NCBI GenBank assembly: GCA_963799845.1
Contig: CAWCYI010000006.1
Coordinates: forward strand, 1,216,001 to 1,280,000
DNA length: 64,000 nucleotides
Direction of reading: 5' to 3'
Source of the DNA: an uncultured Nitrososphaerota archaeon
GTDB lineage: Archaea > Thermoproteota > Nitrososphaeria > Nitrososphaerales > CADDZS01
In this document: positions 48,258 through 58,773 of the stretch, one piece after another
Numbering within the stretch: the stretch's first letter is position 1
Layout: every line of letters begins with the position of its first letter
Made by a program: the position numbers and the translations under genes
The notes under the pieces: model-generated
The model's database searches: none
What the model was told of the DNA's origin: nothing
What the model saw: the letters and a program-made list of their open reading frames with translations, nothing else

Positions 48258-48922
48258 CTCATGAGGAAGGACAGGTTGATGCTACTCATACCTTGTTCAG
48301 CTGTTCGAGAATCGCTTTTGGAATTGACATTGATCAACGAAGTCAATAAAGGATCGATCTTTCGAAGCTCCATTATGTCGACATAATTGACATCAGATAG
48401 AAGAGAAATCAGTTTCTTGCAACCGATCAGTCCTTTCTTAATTGCTTCAGTGCTAGCGGCACGTATTTCTTGGACGTTGTAAACGCCAGATAGAGGTTCA
48501 GAAGATCTGTTTTTGTCCGCACTGTCCCAAGTGACCACTGCAGCCGAATGATTCCGAGCCTTTTCAGCAAGTAACTCAATAACGTTGCACTTCATCAGCG
48601 GAGTGTCACAAGCCAAGAATGAAACATAAGGGTTGGACAAATGGGGGATGGCAGAAATCATCCCTCCCATCGGATTCTCGATGTAATATTCGTCCTCGAC
48701 TACCTTGACAAGCTTATCAACTACTGATTGAAACTGTTTCTTCTCTTTTCTTCCCACCATCACCATGACGTCCGCAGAAATCTTGAGCATTTCATTAGAT
48801 ATTATTTCGATAAAGGGCTGTCCATTATATTTGAGAAACGCTTTGTCAGAACCCATTCTGTTGCTTTTACCGCCCGCAAGAATGACGACCGACAAATCTT
48901 GTAAAAGCAGAACACTCTTCAT
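48254..48922 (-). CDS. mobA: Molybdenum cofactor guanylyltransferase
   Basis: ILAGGKSNRMGSDKA, PMGG, ACDTP, EPL, NVN. Confidence 0.92.
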   Translation of the reverse strand: MKSVLLLQDLSVVILAGGKSNRMGSDKAFLKYNGQPFIEIISNEMLKISADVMVMVGRKEKKQFQSVVDKLVKVVEDEYYIENPMGGMISAIPHLSNPYVSFLACDTPLMKCNVIELLAEKARNHSAAVVTWDSADKNRSSEPLSGVYNVQEIRAASTEAIKKGLIGCKKLISLLSDVNYVDIMELRKIDPLLTSLINVNSKSDSRTAEQGMSSINLSFLMS

Positions 48923-49323
48923 CTCCCGAGAGATTGATGCTAGCGTCGAGGAATTAGTCGAGTAACCATTTAATGCTCTAATTAAAGTAGTTTTCCCGAC
49001 TCCAATATATTTGGAATCCTATCAAGTTACTAAAAAATGTAGGAGATCACTGCACTTTTTTGCATTATCCGAATGAGCGTGACAAGGTTCTTCCAGAAAC
49101 GAAGAGATCCTTTCTTGCTATTCAGCCGCCTTATGATTGTTGAGTCTCTTCAGTCTCAAGCAATTTAATGATTAGCAGAATTAAATTGAGTGCCTAGTCC
49201 GATTCTTGGGCGATCAGAAATTCTCTTCGTTAATGTAACCAATGAATCATTGGGTCGCGTCTATTACTGGATCAAGAGTTTCATAGGACCGACCAGATTC
49301 TGCCGATCATGATTGTGATTTTA

Positions 49324-50499
49324 CAGTAGATGCGAATCAAGTATGCTTTTCTCGTATGTTAAATGACCCACTCATAATCAGACCGATGAGAGAGAGTTTC
49401 ATTTGTATTACTTCCACCGATTCGTTCGGATGGAGCAGCTCTTGGTTGGCATTGTACATGACCCACGAATTGTAGACAAGACATGCAAAGAGATAGTAGA
49501 ACAATCTTACCACGTAGTTCCTTGATGTTGTTTTTATCAGGAATTGATTTGACATTCGGTAGCTTGTCTCTATGCCCCAGCGGTTCTTGAATAGCCTTAG
49601 GATTGTTTCAGCTTTGTAGGGAAGATTTGTTGCAAACAGGTACTTGTAATCCTTTGTCTTGTCATATGCCACTACAACTTCAAACGAGGCTTGTTCAGAT
49701 TCCCTCCTCCTGTGTCCGCTAGTAGTGTACGTGAACCTCCTACCCTGCCAGAGCCTCATTTTCTTTGTCTTGTAGGTTGGAGCCATTCGCACGATGTACT
49801 TGAGTCCAGATTCCTCAAGAAATCTGAGTAGGTTTGTGTGAAAGAATCCGCCGTCAAAAACCAGATAGCGAATTCTTATTTTCAGCTCTTCTTGCAGTTT
49901 TCGCACAATTTGTGTGGTAGACGAGACAAGTTCCGAGCCTGATGCTAATCCTGTAACAGCTACGATCAGTCTTTCTCCATCTGCTAGAACAGAAGCTGTA
50001 AGGTACTTGAATGAATAATTGCTTCCGTCCCTGTGCATGGTTCCAATGACCATCGGTGTTTCTTCATGATTACCGTAGTACATGACATCATGCAGATCCA
50101 AAGCGACAGGGACTGGTACGCGTAATTTTCTTCTTTTTCTAAGATCCTTCACATTCCCGTCTATCAAATTATCGAAGATTTGTTTGACTCTCGCTTCTCT
50201 TTGTGATTTAATGTACGAAAGAAGAGTTTCTGCAGTCGGTGATTCGCCTAGAGATTTCGAAACACCTTCAGCAAATCCATTTACCAAGCTCGCCGAGATG
50301 AGCAGGTTTAGGTGTTCATTCTTGGAATAAATCGCTCTCTCCTTCAGCTCATATGTCAGCAGTCCTGAGATGTTTTTCTTTACGAATTCATACAGCTTTC
50401 TCGAATTGAACCTCAATTGGAACGTCGGAAACAAGCCCTAAGGCGGGCTGGCCATAATAATTGCGGCCGGAAATCGCCTAGATTCGTTCGCATCTACTG
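49324..50499 (-). mobile_element. ISH3-like (IS4 superfamily) insertion sequence
   Basis: 13-bp TIRs CAGTAGATGCGAA / TTCGCATCTACTG, 4-bp flanking direct repeat TTTA. Confidence 0.88.
49337..50434 (-). CDS. DDE transposase (ISH3-like)
   Basis: VALDLHDVMYYG, FDGGFF, FATNL, RWGIETSYR, TTSRN..VRLFY. Confidence 0.9.
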   Translation of the reverse strand: MFPTFQLRFNSRKLYEFVKKNISGLLTYELKERAIYSKNEHLNLLISASLVNGFAEGVSKSLGESPTAETLLSYIKSQREARVKQIFDNLIDGNVKDLRKRRKLRVPVPVALDLHDVMYYGNHEETPMVIGTMHRDGSNYSFKYLTASVLADGERLIVAVTGLASGSELVSSTTQIVRKLQEELKIRIRYLVFDGGFFHTNLLRFLEESGLKYIVRMAPTYKTKKMRLWQGRRFTYTTSGHRRRESEQASFEVVVAYDKTKDYKYLFATNLPYKAETILRLFKNRWGIETSYRMSNQFLIKTTSRNYVVRLFYYLFACLVYNSWVMYNANQELLHPNESVEVIQMKLSLIGLIMSGSFNIREKHT

Positions 50500-50818
50500 T
50501 TTAGTTGTGGGATTGATTAGTAACAAGTATGTGGGGGATCGGCGAAGCCGCGCTTGCGTCATCATTTAGAAACTTAATGTTCAAGAGGGCCAAAATTGAA
50601 TCATCGACTGCCGATGGCTTCTAGAATACTATTTCAGGAAGCTTTGTCGAGCGGGGAGACCAAACACGTACCTTCCAAAGCTGGCTTGAATTAGCTTTCT
50701 CAGCCGCTTTTTGAGCCTTAAGAAATTCTTTGGGAGCATTACCAGACTAGGCGGCCAAGGTTAGGCACTGACTTTTATTGTGCGTTCTTCCAATAATAAG
50801 TGAGATCGGAACTACAAC

Positions 50819-52300
50819 ATGCAATTGGAAGAGGAGAAAACGGACATCACTGAGTATTTGAATTACATCGATGGAGAGTGGTCAAAGTCCTCGTCGGAAG
50901 AAAAGTTTGTGACTATTGACCCAGCAACTGGTGAGAGAGTTTCTACATGCCAGTCAAGTTCTCCTGAAGACGTGAAGATGGCAATCGAGGCCGCAAGAAG
51001 ATCGTTTGAGAACTCAAAATGGGCAGAGGACATCCAATTTAGAACGTCGGCACTGGTTAAGCTAGCGAGATTTCTTGCTTCTCAAGACATGGAACACTCT
51101 GCTTATGTAATGACTAGGGAATGCGGAGCTCCCTATAAATATAATTTGCCTCAGTACGCCAGTTTTCCAATAGTTGTTGAGAATGCTTCGTTTAGGGCAA
51201 AATCGTTAATGGGTGTATCTATCAACACCGGCCATGGCATTCTAGATTTGGCTTTGAGAGATCCCATTGGTGTCGTGGGCATAATTGTACCGTGGAATGG
51301 TCCAATTATTTTGCTTGCTCGAACGATTGCTCCTGCACTCGCAGCGGGTTGTAGCGTTGTAGTAAAACCAGCGAGCGCTACAGCCGGCTCGACTATGGAA
51401 TTAATGAAAATGATTGCGAAGTTTGATGAGATCCCCAAAGGTGTAATCAATTGTGTGACTGGTGCAGGTACCTCCGTCGGGTCAGAACTTGCTAGAAATG
51501 ACAAGGTGGACATGGTCAGTTTTACTGGTGATGTCAACACGGGCAAAGAAATTGCACGTTTGGCAACATGTAATCTCAAAAAAGTAACGCTGGAGCTTGG
51601 TGGAAAATCTCCGAACATTATTTTTTCGGATTCAAACTTGGAGGCTGCTGCGAAAGAGGCGGTCTCGGGTGCCGGGCTGTACCATGCGGGCCAGATCTGC
51701 TTTGCTGGCACAAGAATCTTGGTTGAAGAATCTTGTCATGAGCGGTTCATCAAGGCGTTTCAGTCAGTTGTGAGCGGGATGAAGGTCGGACACGGCCTTG
51801 ATCCATCATCTGAAATTGGTCCAGTAATTAGTGGCGGACAGCTGAAGAAAGTGATGGACTACATCGAAATCGGAAAAGAGGACTCGAAACTCGTAATGGG
51901 AGGTTACAAACTCAATGGTCCCGAATATGACAAAGGGAACTTTGTGGCTCCGACGCTCTTTGATGAGGTAGATCCTAATTCAAAGCTTGCACAGGACGAG
52001 ATTTTCGGTCCAGTCGTTAGTGCAATCAAATTCACAGATCTAGACGATGCTATATCTGTAGCAAACAATTCGCGTTATGGTCTTTCCGCAGTAGTATGGA
52101 CGAATGATCTTAGTAAGGCAGTACAAGTTACCCAGCGTCTGAAATCAGGAATGGTTTGGGTGAATTCATCTGGCAAGGGTTCTGGCTACTTCAACATGTT
52201 TGGGATCGCGGGCGCACCTTACAAGGAAAGCGGATCGGGCTCGATGGGCAGTGTAGATGAGTACACTCTCCAGAAGAGAGTACACATTCAGACCCTTTGA
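50819..52300 (+). CDS. Aldehyde dehydrogenase
   Basis: PWNGP, KPA, SFTG, LELGGKSP, GQIC, DEIFGPV, YGL. Confidence 0.95.
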   Translation: MQLEEEKTDITEYLNYIDGEWSKSSSEEKFVTIDPATGERVSTCQSSSPEDVKMAIEAARRSFENSKWAEDIQFRTSALVKLARFLASQDMEHSAYVMTRECGAPYKYNLPQYASFPIVVENASFRAKSLMGVSINTGHGILDLALRDPIGVVGIIVPWNGPIILLARTIAPALAAGCSVVVKPASATAGSTMELMKMIAKFDEIPKGVINCVTGAGTSVGSELARNDKVDMVSFTGDVNTGKEIARLATCNLKKVTLELGGKSPNIIFSDSNLEAAAKEAVSGAGLYHAGQICFAGTRILVEESCHERFIKAFQSVVSGMKVGHGLDPSSEIGPVISGGQLKKVMDYIEIGKEDSKLVMGGYKLNGPEYDKGNFVAPTLFDEVDPNSKLAQDEIFGPVVSAIKFTDLDDAISVANNSRYGLSAVVWTNDLSKAVQVTQRLKSGMVWVNSSGKGSGYFNMFGIAGAPYKESGSGSMGSVDEYTLQKRVHIQTL

Positions 52301-52522
52301 GTTAATTTCAGTGTTAGAATAATTCCACGAAGCGAAGAATCTTCTTCCTCCCTTGGGTGCCAAACAGAATTTAGATTCTTGATTTGGTGAGTGGCTTAAA
52401 TTTGGTTTTCGACTATGCCATATTTCTATCGTGACGATCACAATCTAGGGAGATCGTCAAAGGAATAAATTACTGTCACCGAGCCGAACGAGTCACATGC
52501 GTCCAAGATATTAAACGTCTAC

Positions 52523-53068
52523 TTGCCTGAAGATGTTAAGTTCGATCTTGAAAGAATTAGTACACATGTAGACGCTTCGTCCAGCCGCTGTGTGTGTGGG
52601 AAAGGCTCCTTAGATCTAGTAAAGTCGAAGTCTTTCCCTTGGAAGTTTCGTATTATCGAGAGGGAAATTGGAATCTCTCTGACATCCTCCTCAATTCCCA
52701 GAACACATTATCTCGAATGGGGGTTCTGCACGCAAATGCACTCTTTGAGCGTATTGGGCAGTTGTTGGACTAAGAGAGGACTTGGACATCGCGACGCATC
52801 AGACGAGCTTTTCGGTTTGTTCGCTTCGAATCAGATTCCGACTTCAAACACCATACTGATGATAAGTGGAAGTGTGGGCTTCGAACTCGCTCTGAAAGCC
52901 GTACTGGCTGGCATTCCTTTCATTGCAGCTCTTGGGGCGCCTACTAACCTCTTCGTTGACTTGTATGAGATGGCATCACACATGTCGGTTTCTTCAGAGA
53001 GATTGCATTCAACATTTATTCCGAACCTAGGCTCATCAGCTGAGACTGGGCATCGTCTTTGCGCCTAG
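52523..53068 (+). pseudogene. fdhD: Decayed FdhD (molybdenum cofactor sulfurtransferase accessory)
   Basis: SSSRCVCGK, LGHRDASDELFG, ISGSVGFELALKAVLAGIP..ALGAPTNL are degenerate versions of CGxCG, GRHNAxDK, SGR..E...KA...GIP. Confidence 0.7.
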
Positions 53069-53192
53069 GAACAATTTTTGCTAGGATCTCGAGTGAGATC
53101 AAGAGGTTCGATGAATCATCAGCCAAGAATGACGGTCCTAGTCGCTTATCATCTTCAAAGTCTAAATAATCTCTGTCAGCACCAGGTTCACA

Positions 53193-53822
53193 ATGAGCCA
53201 ACAAGATCGTGACCTCAGATCCTTGATCGTACAAGCAAAAGGCCATGCTGCATTTGAAATCCGGCACGGAAGCATACTACGTATCTTCGAGACCGAGGGG
53301 CCGCAAGTCGCGGATGTTAATGCATACAATCTTCATGATTTCAGAGAGAAATTGCAGTCAGCACTAAGCGCCCAACTGAATGAAAGCTACGAGAAATTCA
53401 ACGTTCTTTACAGCAACTCACCCAAAATCAATCCTATATTCACTGTGGTTTCAGACACTGTTGGTGTTCATTTCTTGAGCGGATCGGTTGGGTGCACGAC
53501 AAAGCATTATGAGAAATGGGAAGGGACGAAGAATCACCCGAATTGCTTTGACAATCTAGCTCAGGCAGTAAAACCGTGGGGCCTCAGTCATTACGATGTA
53601 CACGGGCCTTTCAATGCATTCATGCGGGTCAGATACGATGAAAAGGGAAAAATGGAGATTTTGCCTCCAGTGGCAAAGAAAGGTGACTATGTAGATCTCC
53701 GCGCGGAAATGGATCTTCTGGTAGCAATCTCAGCCTGTCCCAGCGATCTCAATCCTTGCAACGGCGAAGATCGCAAGCCTAAATCTCTCGGAATAAGGAT
53801 CTTCGAAAGGGCTGCGACGTGA
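53193..53822 (+). CDS. DUF1989 (urea carboxylase-associated) family protein
   Basis: EGPQVAD, LYSN, DTVGVH, HPNCFDNL, FNAFM, GDYVDLRAEMDLLVAISACP. Confidence 0.9.
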   Translation: MSQQDRDLRSLIVQAKGHAAFEIRHGSILRIFETEGPQVADVNAYNLHDFREKLQSALSAQLNESYEKFNVLYSNSPKINPIFTVVSDTVGVHFLSGSVGCTTKHYEKWEGTKNHPNCFDNLAQAVKPWGLSHYDVHGPFNAFMRVRYDEKGKMEILPPVAKKGDYVDLRAEMDLLVAISACPSDLNPCNGEDRKPKSLGIRIFERAAT

Positions 53823-54000
53823 GCATTCTTATTGTTCCAATCAAGCCATGCATATTCAGGCGAATGGAAAAAAGAGCTATTGGATTTGAAACTTGAATAC
53901 CAATGTAAGTATTCATCAGAAAGCTATGAATACTTAAATGAGAAGATAGAAATTCCTTTCAGAGCCTAGCTGCAGTCGTTCCGTTTAGTGAAATATCAGC

Positions 54001-54702
54001 ATGTTTTTGGAAGTCAAAGATATTACAAAAAGTTTTGGCGGCGTGGTTGCTGTGAAAAACTGTGGCTTGAGCCTAGATCAAAATACTGTCTGTGGTTTGA
54101 TCGGGCCCAATGGATCGGGGAAGACAACACTGTTTAATCTCATAACTGGTTTTCTAAAGCCTGATACAGGAGCGATCTTTTATAAGGGCGAGTCGATAGT
54201 TGGTCTGAAGCCTAGGCAGATCGCTCTAAGAGGGATCGTAAGAACATTCCAGCTCACTCGTATCTTCCCAAAGATGACAGTGCTGGAGAATCTGCTCGTC
54301 GCTTCGAACTTAAGTAGCACATATGCCATCCAAAGAAGCAGAGAGCTCCTGAAGATGTCGGATCTGGATGAACTAGAGAATGAACAGGCACGCAATCTCT
54401 CATTTGGTCAGAAGAAGCAACTCGAATTCGATCGGATGCTCTTGATGGAATCTGATCTAATTCTGCTCGACGAGCCGATGGCCGGACTCACGCATGCTAT
54501 GATTCAGCGAATGATTTCGAACATCAACTACGCGAAATCGAATGGGAAGACTGTCTTGATCATCGAGCACAACTTGCCTATCATTATGAATCTGTGTGAG
54601 AAGGTTTTTGTGCTTGAAAATGGGAAGAAAATAGCTGAGGGAACGCCAGAAGAAATCCAGGCGGATGAAAAAGTCATAGAAGCATACATTGGTGAATCCT
54701 AG
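54001..54702 (+). CDS. livG: Liv-type ABC ATP-binding protein
   Basis: GPNGSGKTTLFN, RTFQ, LLDEP, IEHN. Confidence 0.92.
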   Translation: MFLEVKDITKSFGGVVAVKNCGLSLDQNTVCGLIGPNGSGKTTLFNLITGFLKPDTGAIFYKGESIVGLKPRQIALRGIVRTFQLTRIFPKMTVLENLLVASNLSSTYAIQRSRELLKMSDLDELENEQARNLSFGQKKQLEFDRMLLMESDLILLDEPMAGLTHAMIQRMISNINYAKSNGKTVLIIEHNLPIIMNLCEKVFVLENGKKIAEGTPEEIQADEKVIEAYIGES

Positions 54703-55428
54703 TTGATTTTGGAACTCGATAGTATAGCCTCGGGTTATTCAGGTTCGGAGATTCTTCACGATGTCACGATTCAAGTCCGCGAGGGTCAAATAGTCTCGAT
54801 CCTGGGTCCGAACGGAGCAGGTAAGACTACATTGCTCAAAACAATAATGGGTGTGGTGAAAAGCAATAGAGGTCAAATCACTTTCGCTGGGAAAGACATC
54901 ACTCGTTTTTCGCCCAACAATGTACTGCGATCCGGAATCGCTTACGTACCTCAGGGCCGAAGTATATTTCCATGGATGAGCGTTCATGACAACATAGAGA
55001 TGGGGGCCTACATCATCAGGGATCGTGGATTGATAAGTGAAAGGATAAACAACGTGTACAAGCTTTTTCCAAGACTCTTTGAGAGAAAGTCCGCCGATGC
55101 TGGAGTTCTAAGTGGGGGAGAGCGGCAAATGCTGTCCATCGGCAGGGCGCTGATGCTCGACCCCAAACTAATCATGCTCGACGAGCCATCGCTAGGCTTG
55201 GATCCTCGATTTCTTAGCGCCGTCCTTCAGAAGATTGTTGAATTAAACAGCCTTGGCAAGACGATAGTCCTAGTCGAGCAGAATGTCAAGAAGGCACTAG
55301 ATATTTCTGCATTCGCTTACATATTGGAGGGCGGCAGCGTCAAGCTATCTGGCACGCCTACCGAGATCAATTCTCACGAAATGATTCGAGATGTCTATCT
55401 TGGCGGAATAGTGAAGAAAACCTCTTGA
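54703..55428 (+). CDS. livF: Liv-type ABC ATP-binding protein
   Basis: GPNGAGKTT, LSGGERQML, LDEPSLGL, VEQN. Confidence 0.92.
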   Translation: MILELDSIASGYSGSEILHDVTIQVREGQIVSILGPNGAGKTTLLKTIMGVVKSNRGQITFAGKDITRFSPNNVLRSGIAYVPQGRSIFPWMSVHDNIEMGAYIIRDRGLISERINNVYKLFPRLFERKSADAGVLSGGERQMLSIGRALMLDPKLIMLDEPSLGLDPRFLSAVLQKIVELNSLGKTIVLVEQNVKKALDISAFAYILEGGSVKLSGTPTEINSHEMIRDVYLGGIVKKTS

Positions 55429-56413
55429 GAACTCTTTGCATCCGTAGTTGCGTCTGAGAAACTTCCGCTGTTTTTGTTCCCATTCTCCTCCGAGCTCTTC
55501 TCCTGACTAGTCCATAGATGTAGGGTAGTATACCCAGAGGGGCAAACGACAAAACAACCACAATTGATACCCCATAGATTATGAGATGATAAACACCCTC
55601 CCCTAAGAGCAATGATGAGGGAACGTAGAGTAAGAAAGTTCCAAGTATCGAGCCGATTATAGTGCCAACTCCTCCGACTACAGCCATAGTAATTGTTTGG
55701 AAGGTAAGCGTGTAGGAAAGAAAAGTGTTATCGACATGAGCTATGTAAAGAGTGATGAAAGAGCCTGCAACACCTGAAAAAAAGGAGCTCAACGAGAACG
55801 CGAACAACTTGTATCGGGTCGAGTTAATTCCGATCGCTTCAGCTATCATTTCATCGTCTCGAATTGCCTTAAACCTCATTCCGATACGAGACGCGCCGAT
55901 CAAATACATGGTTCCGCAGGAAACAATCATCAAGATAAACCCGAGATAGTATGAAGGCAAGGGCGCGCCGCCGAAGAGTTGCCGTATTCCTAGGCTAAGG
56001 CCTTCTTCTCCCGTTTTGATAATTGCAATTCCTTGCGCTACGATCGAAATTGCAAATGTTACAATCGAGAGATAGTTGCCCTTCATCCTTAGGCTAGGAG
56101 CGGCTAGCAACACACTAGCGCCCGTCGCAACGAGGGGTCCAAGAGCGAAAGCTGCCCAGTCAGGCAAGTTTGTGTGAATTTCTATTAATGCGGAGGTGAA
56201 TCCCGCTATTCCATAAGTGAATACCGTGCCTAGATTTACTTGCCCAGCATAACCATAAATTATGTCCCAGCTCGCGGCGAAGATCGAAAACGCGAATGCA
56301 AATGTAAAGACCTGAACCAAGAGTTGATTGTCATGGACAATTTCGGGAAAGATGCCGAAGAGAATGATTACCACAATCAGTGCGATCAATTTAACAGTGA
56401 TTCTTAGTCTCAA
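55367..56413 (-). CDS. livM: Liv-type ABC permease
   Basis: WDIIYGYAGQVNLG, LRMKGNYLSIVT, AIRDDE..AEAIGIN, GGVGT. Confidence 0.9.
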   Translation of the reverse strand: MRLRITVKLIALIVVIILFGIFPEIVHDNQLLVQVFTFAFAFSIFAASWDIIYGYAGQVNLGTVFTYGIAGFTSALIEIHTNLPDWAAFALGPLVATGASVLLAAPSLRMKGNYLSIVTFAISIVAQGIAIIKTGEEGLSLGIRQLFGGAPLPSYYLGFILMIVSCGTMYLIGASRIGMRFKAIRDDEMIAEAIGINSTRYKLFAFSLSSFFSGVAGSFITLYIAHVDNTFLSYTLTFQTITMAVVGGVGTIIGSILGTFLLYVPSSLLLGEGVYHLIIYGVSIVVVLSFAPLGILPYIYGLVRRRARRRMGTKTAEVSQTQLRMQRVLKRFSSLFRQDRHLESFREN

Positions 56414-56424
56414 TTTCTTTTCTA

Positions 56425-57312
56425 CTAGGCCCTTTCAATCAATGTCTTTCCAAAGAGGCCAGCAGGTCTTACGGATAATACAATTATCAGGATCGCAAGT
56501 CCGACTATGATATTATACTGCGAAATGTATATTGCAGCTATATTCTGAGCTAGGGCATATAAGATACCTGCCACTAGTGTTCCTTTGACGCTGCCTACGC
56601 CCCCCAGAGTGACAACCACGAGCGCATAGACGAGTATATTCCATCCGATAGAAGGATATAGCGAGTAGATCGGCGCGAGCAACGCACCAGAGAGGCCGGC
56701 TGTTGCTGCGCCGATTCCAAAAGTGAGCATAGCAATTAGACTCACATTGATTCCCAATATTACTGTAGACTCTCGGTCATAAGCGATCATCCGGATCGCC
56801 TTGCCGAGGCGCGACCGCAACATAAATTGAGAGATAAGAAATGATATGGTGATAGCGACTAAGGCACCCAAGGTCTGCTGCCAGCTTGCGTAAAGACCCG
56901 CAAATTGAATCTCGCCGTTCAGTAATGGAGAAATCGATTGAAAGACGCCTCCCCATTTCAACAGCGCCACTTGTTCTAAGAGATATGCTATGCCTACGGT
57001 CATGATGATTGCAGTATTGGGATCGCCTCGAACTCTTTCAACTGCGACAAGTTCTATTAGTATACCAAGGAAGAAGCACCCACCAGTCGCGGCCAATACT
57101 CCAGCCCATGGCGGCAGGCCAGCTGAGTACACTGTTGTGAACGCGAAGTACCCGCCGATCATGTAAAGGGCTCCATGAGCGCAGTTCAGCACATCCAGGA
57201 CTCCGAAAACGAGAGATAGTCCAACGCTCAATAAACCATAGGCGAGCCCGAGCTCGATACTGTCTATTGCGATTTGAGCCAGAAAGATTGGGGTCATTTT
57301 GGAAGGCGCCAA
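56425..57312 (-). CDS. livH: Liv-type ABC permease
   Basis: GLSLVFGVLDVLNCAHG, LGKAIR, GGVGS, RPAGLFG. Confidence 0.9.
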   Translation of the reverse strand: MAPSKMTPIFLAQIAIDSIELGLAYGLLSVGLSLVFGVLDVLNCAHGALYMIGGYFAFTTVYSAGLPPWAGVLAATGGCFFLGILIELVAVERVRGDPNTAIIMTVGIAYLLEQVALLKWGGVFQSISPLLNGEIQFAGLYASWQQTLGALVAITISFLISQFMLRSRLGKAIRMIAYDRESTVILGINVSLIAMLTFGIGAATAGLSGALLAPIYSLYPSIGWNILVYALVVVTLGGVGSVKGTLVAGILYALAQNIAAIYISQYNIIVGLAILIIVLSVRPAGLFGKTLIERA

Positions 57313-57337
57313 AACAGGCGCTAGTGGAATAGTTGTC

Positions 57338-58741
57338 TTACGGAGCTACATATGTTCCATCAGCGACGTTGCTTGGATATACTGTCACAGGACTGGCATT
57401 TTGCCACTCAAAGATCGCATCTGTTCTCGCGTTCGGTGATACAATCATCTGGTGCGAGTTATCAAATTGAATAATACCCGTGACTCCTACATAGTCAGTC
57501 TTCTCAAGGGCTGAGACGACTGCATCTTTGTTCTGACCTCCAGCTGCGGCAACAGCGTTGACAATGATATGTACCACATCCGCTGCGGCTCCATCGTCGA
57601 AGAGAGTCGAATTTTGGCCAGTTTGACTTAGGTATGTGGCCACATATGGAGCAGTTTTGTTACTTAAATTCATTGTATAATAGAGTGATTCGACAAGTAT
57701 TCCGTTGAGTAAACTGGGGTTTGACTTCTCAATGCTTGCGATCGAGCTTGGGTTTTCGAGTGGGCTACCAGTCGTGTCTATGAGAGGTATGTTTGCCATC
57801 TGAGGATTCTGCTTGTATTGCGTTGCGAAAGTAAGAGCATTGCTACCCGACATCACACATACTACTGCGCCCGGATTGAGACCTGCTAATTTTGTTATTT
57901 CGGCGCTATAATCAGGTGTGGATGGGTCGAAGTAATCTTGCGCTACCGCCGTTACAGTCCCGTTTGTTGCTTTGATTGTGTCGTTGACCTCTTCTGATGC
58001 ATAAGTGTAATCCTCTCCTACGAATGCTACGCTTTTAGCGTGAATGACTTGAGTCAAGACGTTAGCCATGGCTTCTCCATTCTGGGCATCGGTAGTTGCC
58101 ATCCTGAACATCCATTTGTATGACGAATAATTAGTTAGAACAGGATTGAAAAGTGAGTCCACAGAAGCAGTAGTCGTTATAACTATGGTATGAGTTTGAA
58201 TCATTTCTGGAAAAATTGCCTCCAAGTCTCCAGTAAAATCAGGCCCGATGATGTACGAGACGTTGTCTTGGCTCACAAGCTCATTGAAAGCGCTGATGGT
58301 TACGCTTCCCCCTGAGCCTTCATCGGCCGAGAAGATCTTGACCTGCATGCCGTCGACGCCCCCTGCGGCGTTTATCTGAGCCGCAGCAATCTGTGCGCCC
58401 TTCAAGATTACAGTGCCTTCTTCCGCAGCAGAACCCGTAAGCGGCTCCAGCACACCTATGTTGATTGTCTGTAAGCTAGGCGCGGTGCTCGACGAAGAAG
58501 ATGAAGAAGATGAAGAAGATGAAGAAGATGAAGAAGATGAAGAAGATGAAGAAGATGAAGAAGATGAAGAACTAGTCGCAGAAGAGGAAACGGTGGTGCT
58601 AGGCGTTGTTGAGGTCAAAGTTGAAGAACTAAGAGAAATTGCTGCATATGCACCCGCTGCAATTATGATAATAACTATTACAACTACAATTACTAGTGTA
58701 GTTCTACCGATCGCTTGCCGTAGTTTTCTTTTGGAAAACAT
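57338..58741 (-). CDS. Branched-chain amino acid-type ABC solute-binding protein with poly-Ser linker
   Basis: TM anchor, INIGVLEPLTG, INAAGGV, WMFR, GVTGIIQFD. Confidence 0.9.
   Translation of the reverse strand: MFSKRKLRQAIGRTTLVIVVVIVIIIIAAGAYAAISLSSSTLTSTTPSTTVSSSATSSSSSSSSSSSSSSSSSSSSSSSSSSSSSTAPSLQTINIGVLEPLTGSAAEEGTVILKGAQIAAAQINAAGGVDGMQVKIFSADEGSGGSVTISAFNELVSQDNVSYIIGPDFTGDLEAIFPEMIQTHTIVITTTASVDSLFNPVLTNYSSYKWMFRMATTDAQNGEAMANVLTQVIHAKSVAFVGEDYTYASEEVNDTIKATNGTVTAVAQDYFDPSTPDYSAEITKLAGLNPGAVVCVMSGSNALTFATQYKQNPQMANIPLIDTTGSPLENPSSIASIEKSNPSLLNGILVESLYYTMNLSNKTAPYVATYLSQTGQNSTLFDDGAAADVVHIIVNAVAAAGGQNKDAVVSALEKTDYVGVTGIIQFDNSHQMIVSPNARTDAIFEWQNASPVTVYPSNVADGTYVAP
58494..58571. repeat. 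Tandem repeat (GAAGAAGAT)x8 plus GAAGAA encoding poly-Ser on the minus strand
   Basis: Perfect 9-bp unit read directly. Confidence 0.95.
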
Positions 58742-58765
58742 AGCTTTCCCTCGACTCGCAAGGGC

Positions 58766-58773
58766 TATTTATA
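58766..58773 (-). promoter_or_regulatory. Archaeal TATA box (TATAAATA) for probable leaderless SBP transcript
   Basis: 25-32 nt upstream of ATG 58741. Confidence 0.55.

Noticed and set aside
58494-58571. Possible CRISPR array
   Set aside because: Simple 9-bp tandem repeat with no spacers; no CRISPR array or cas gene seen in the window
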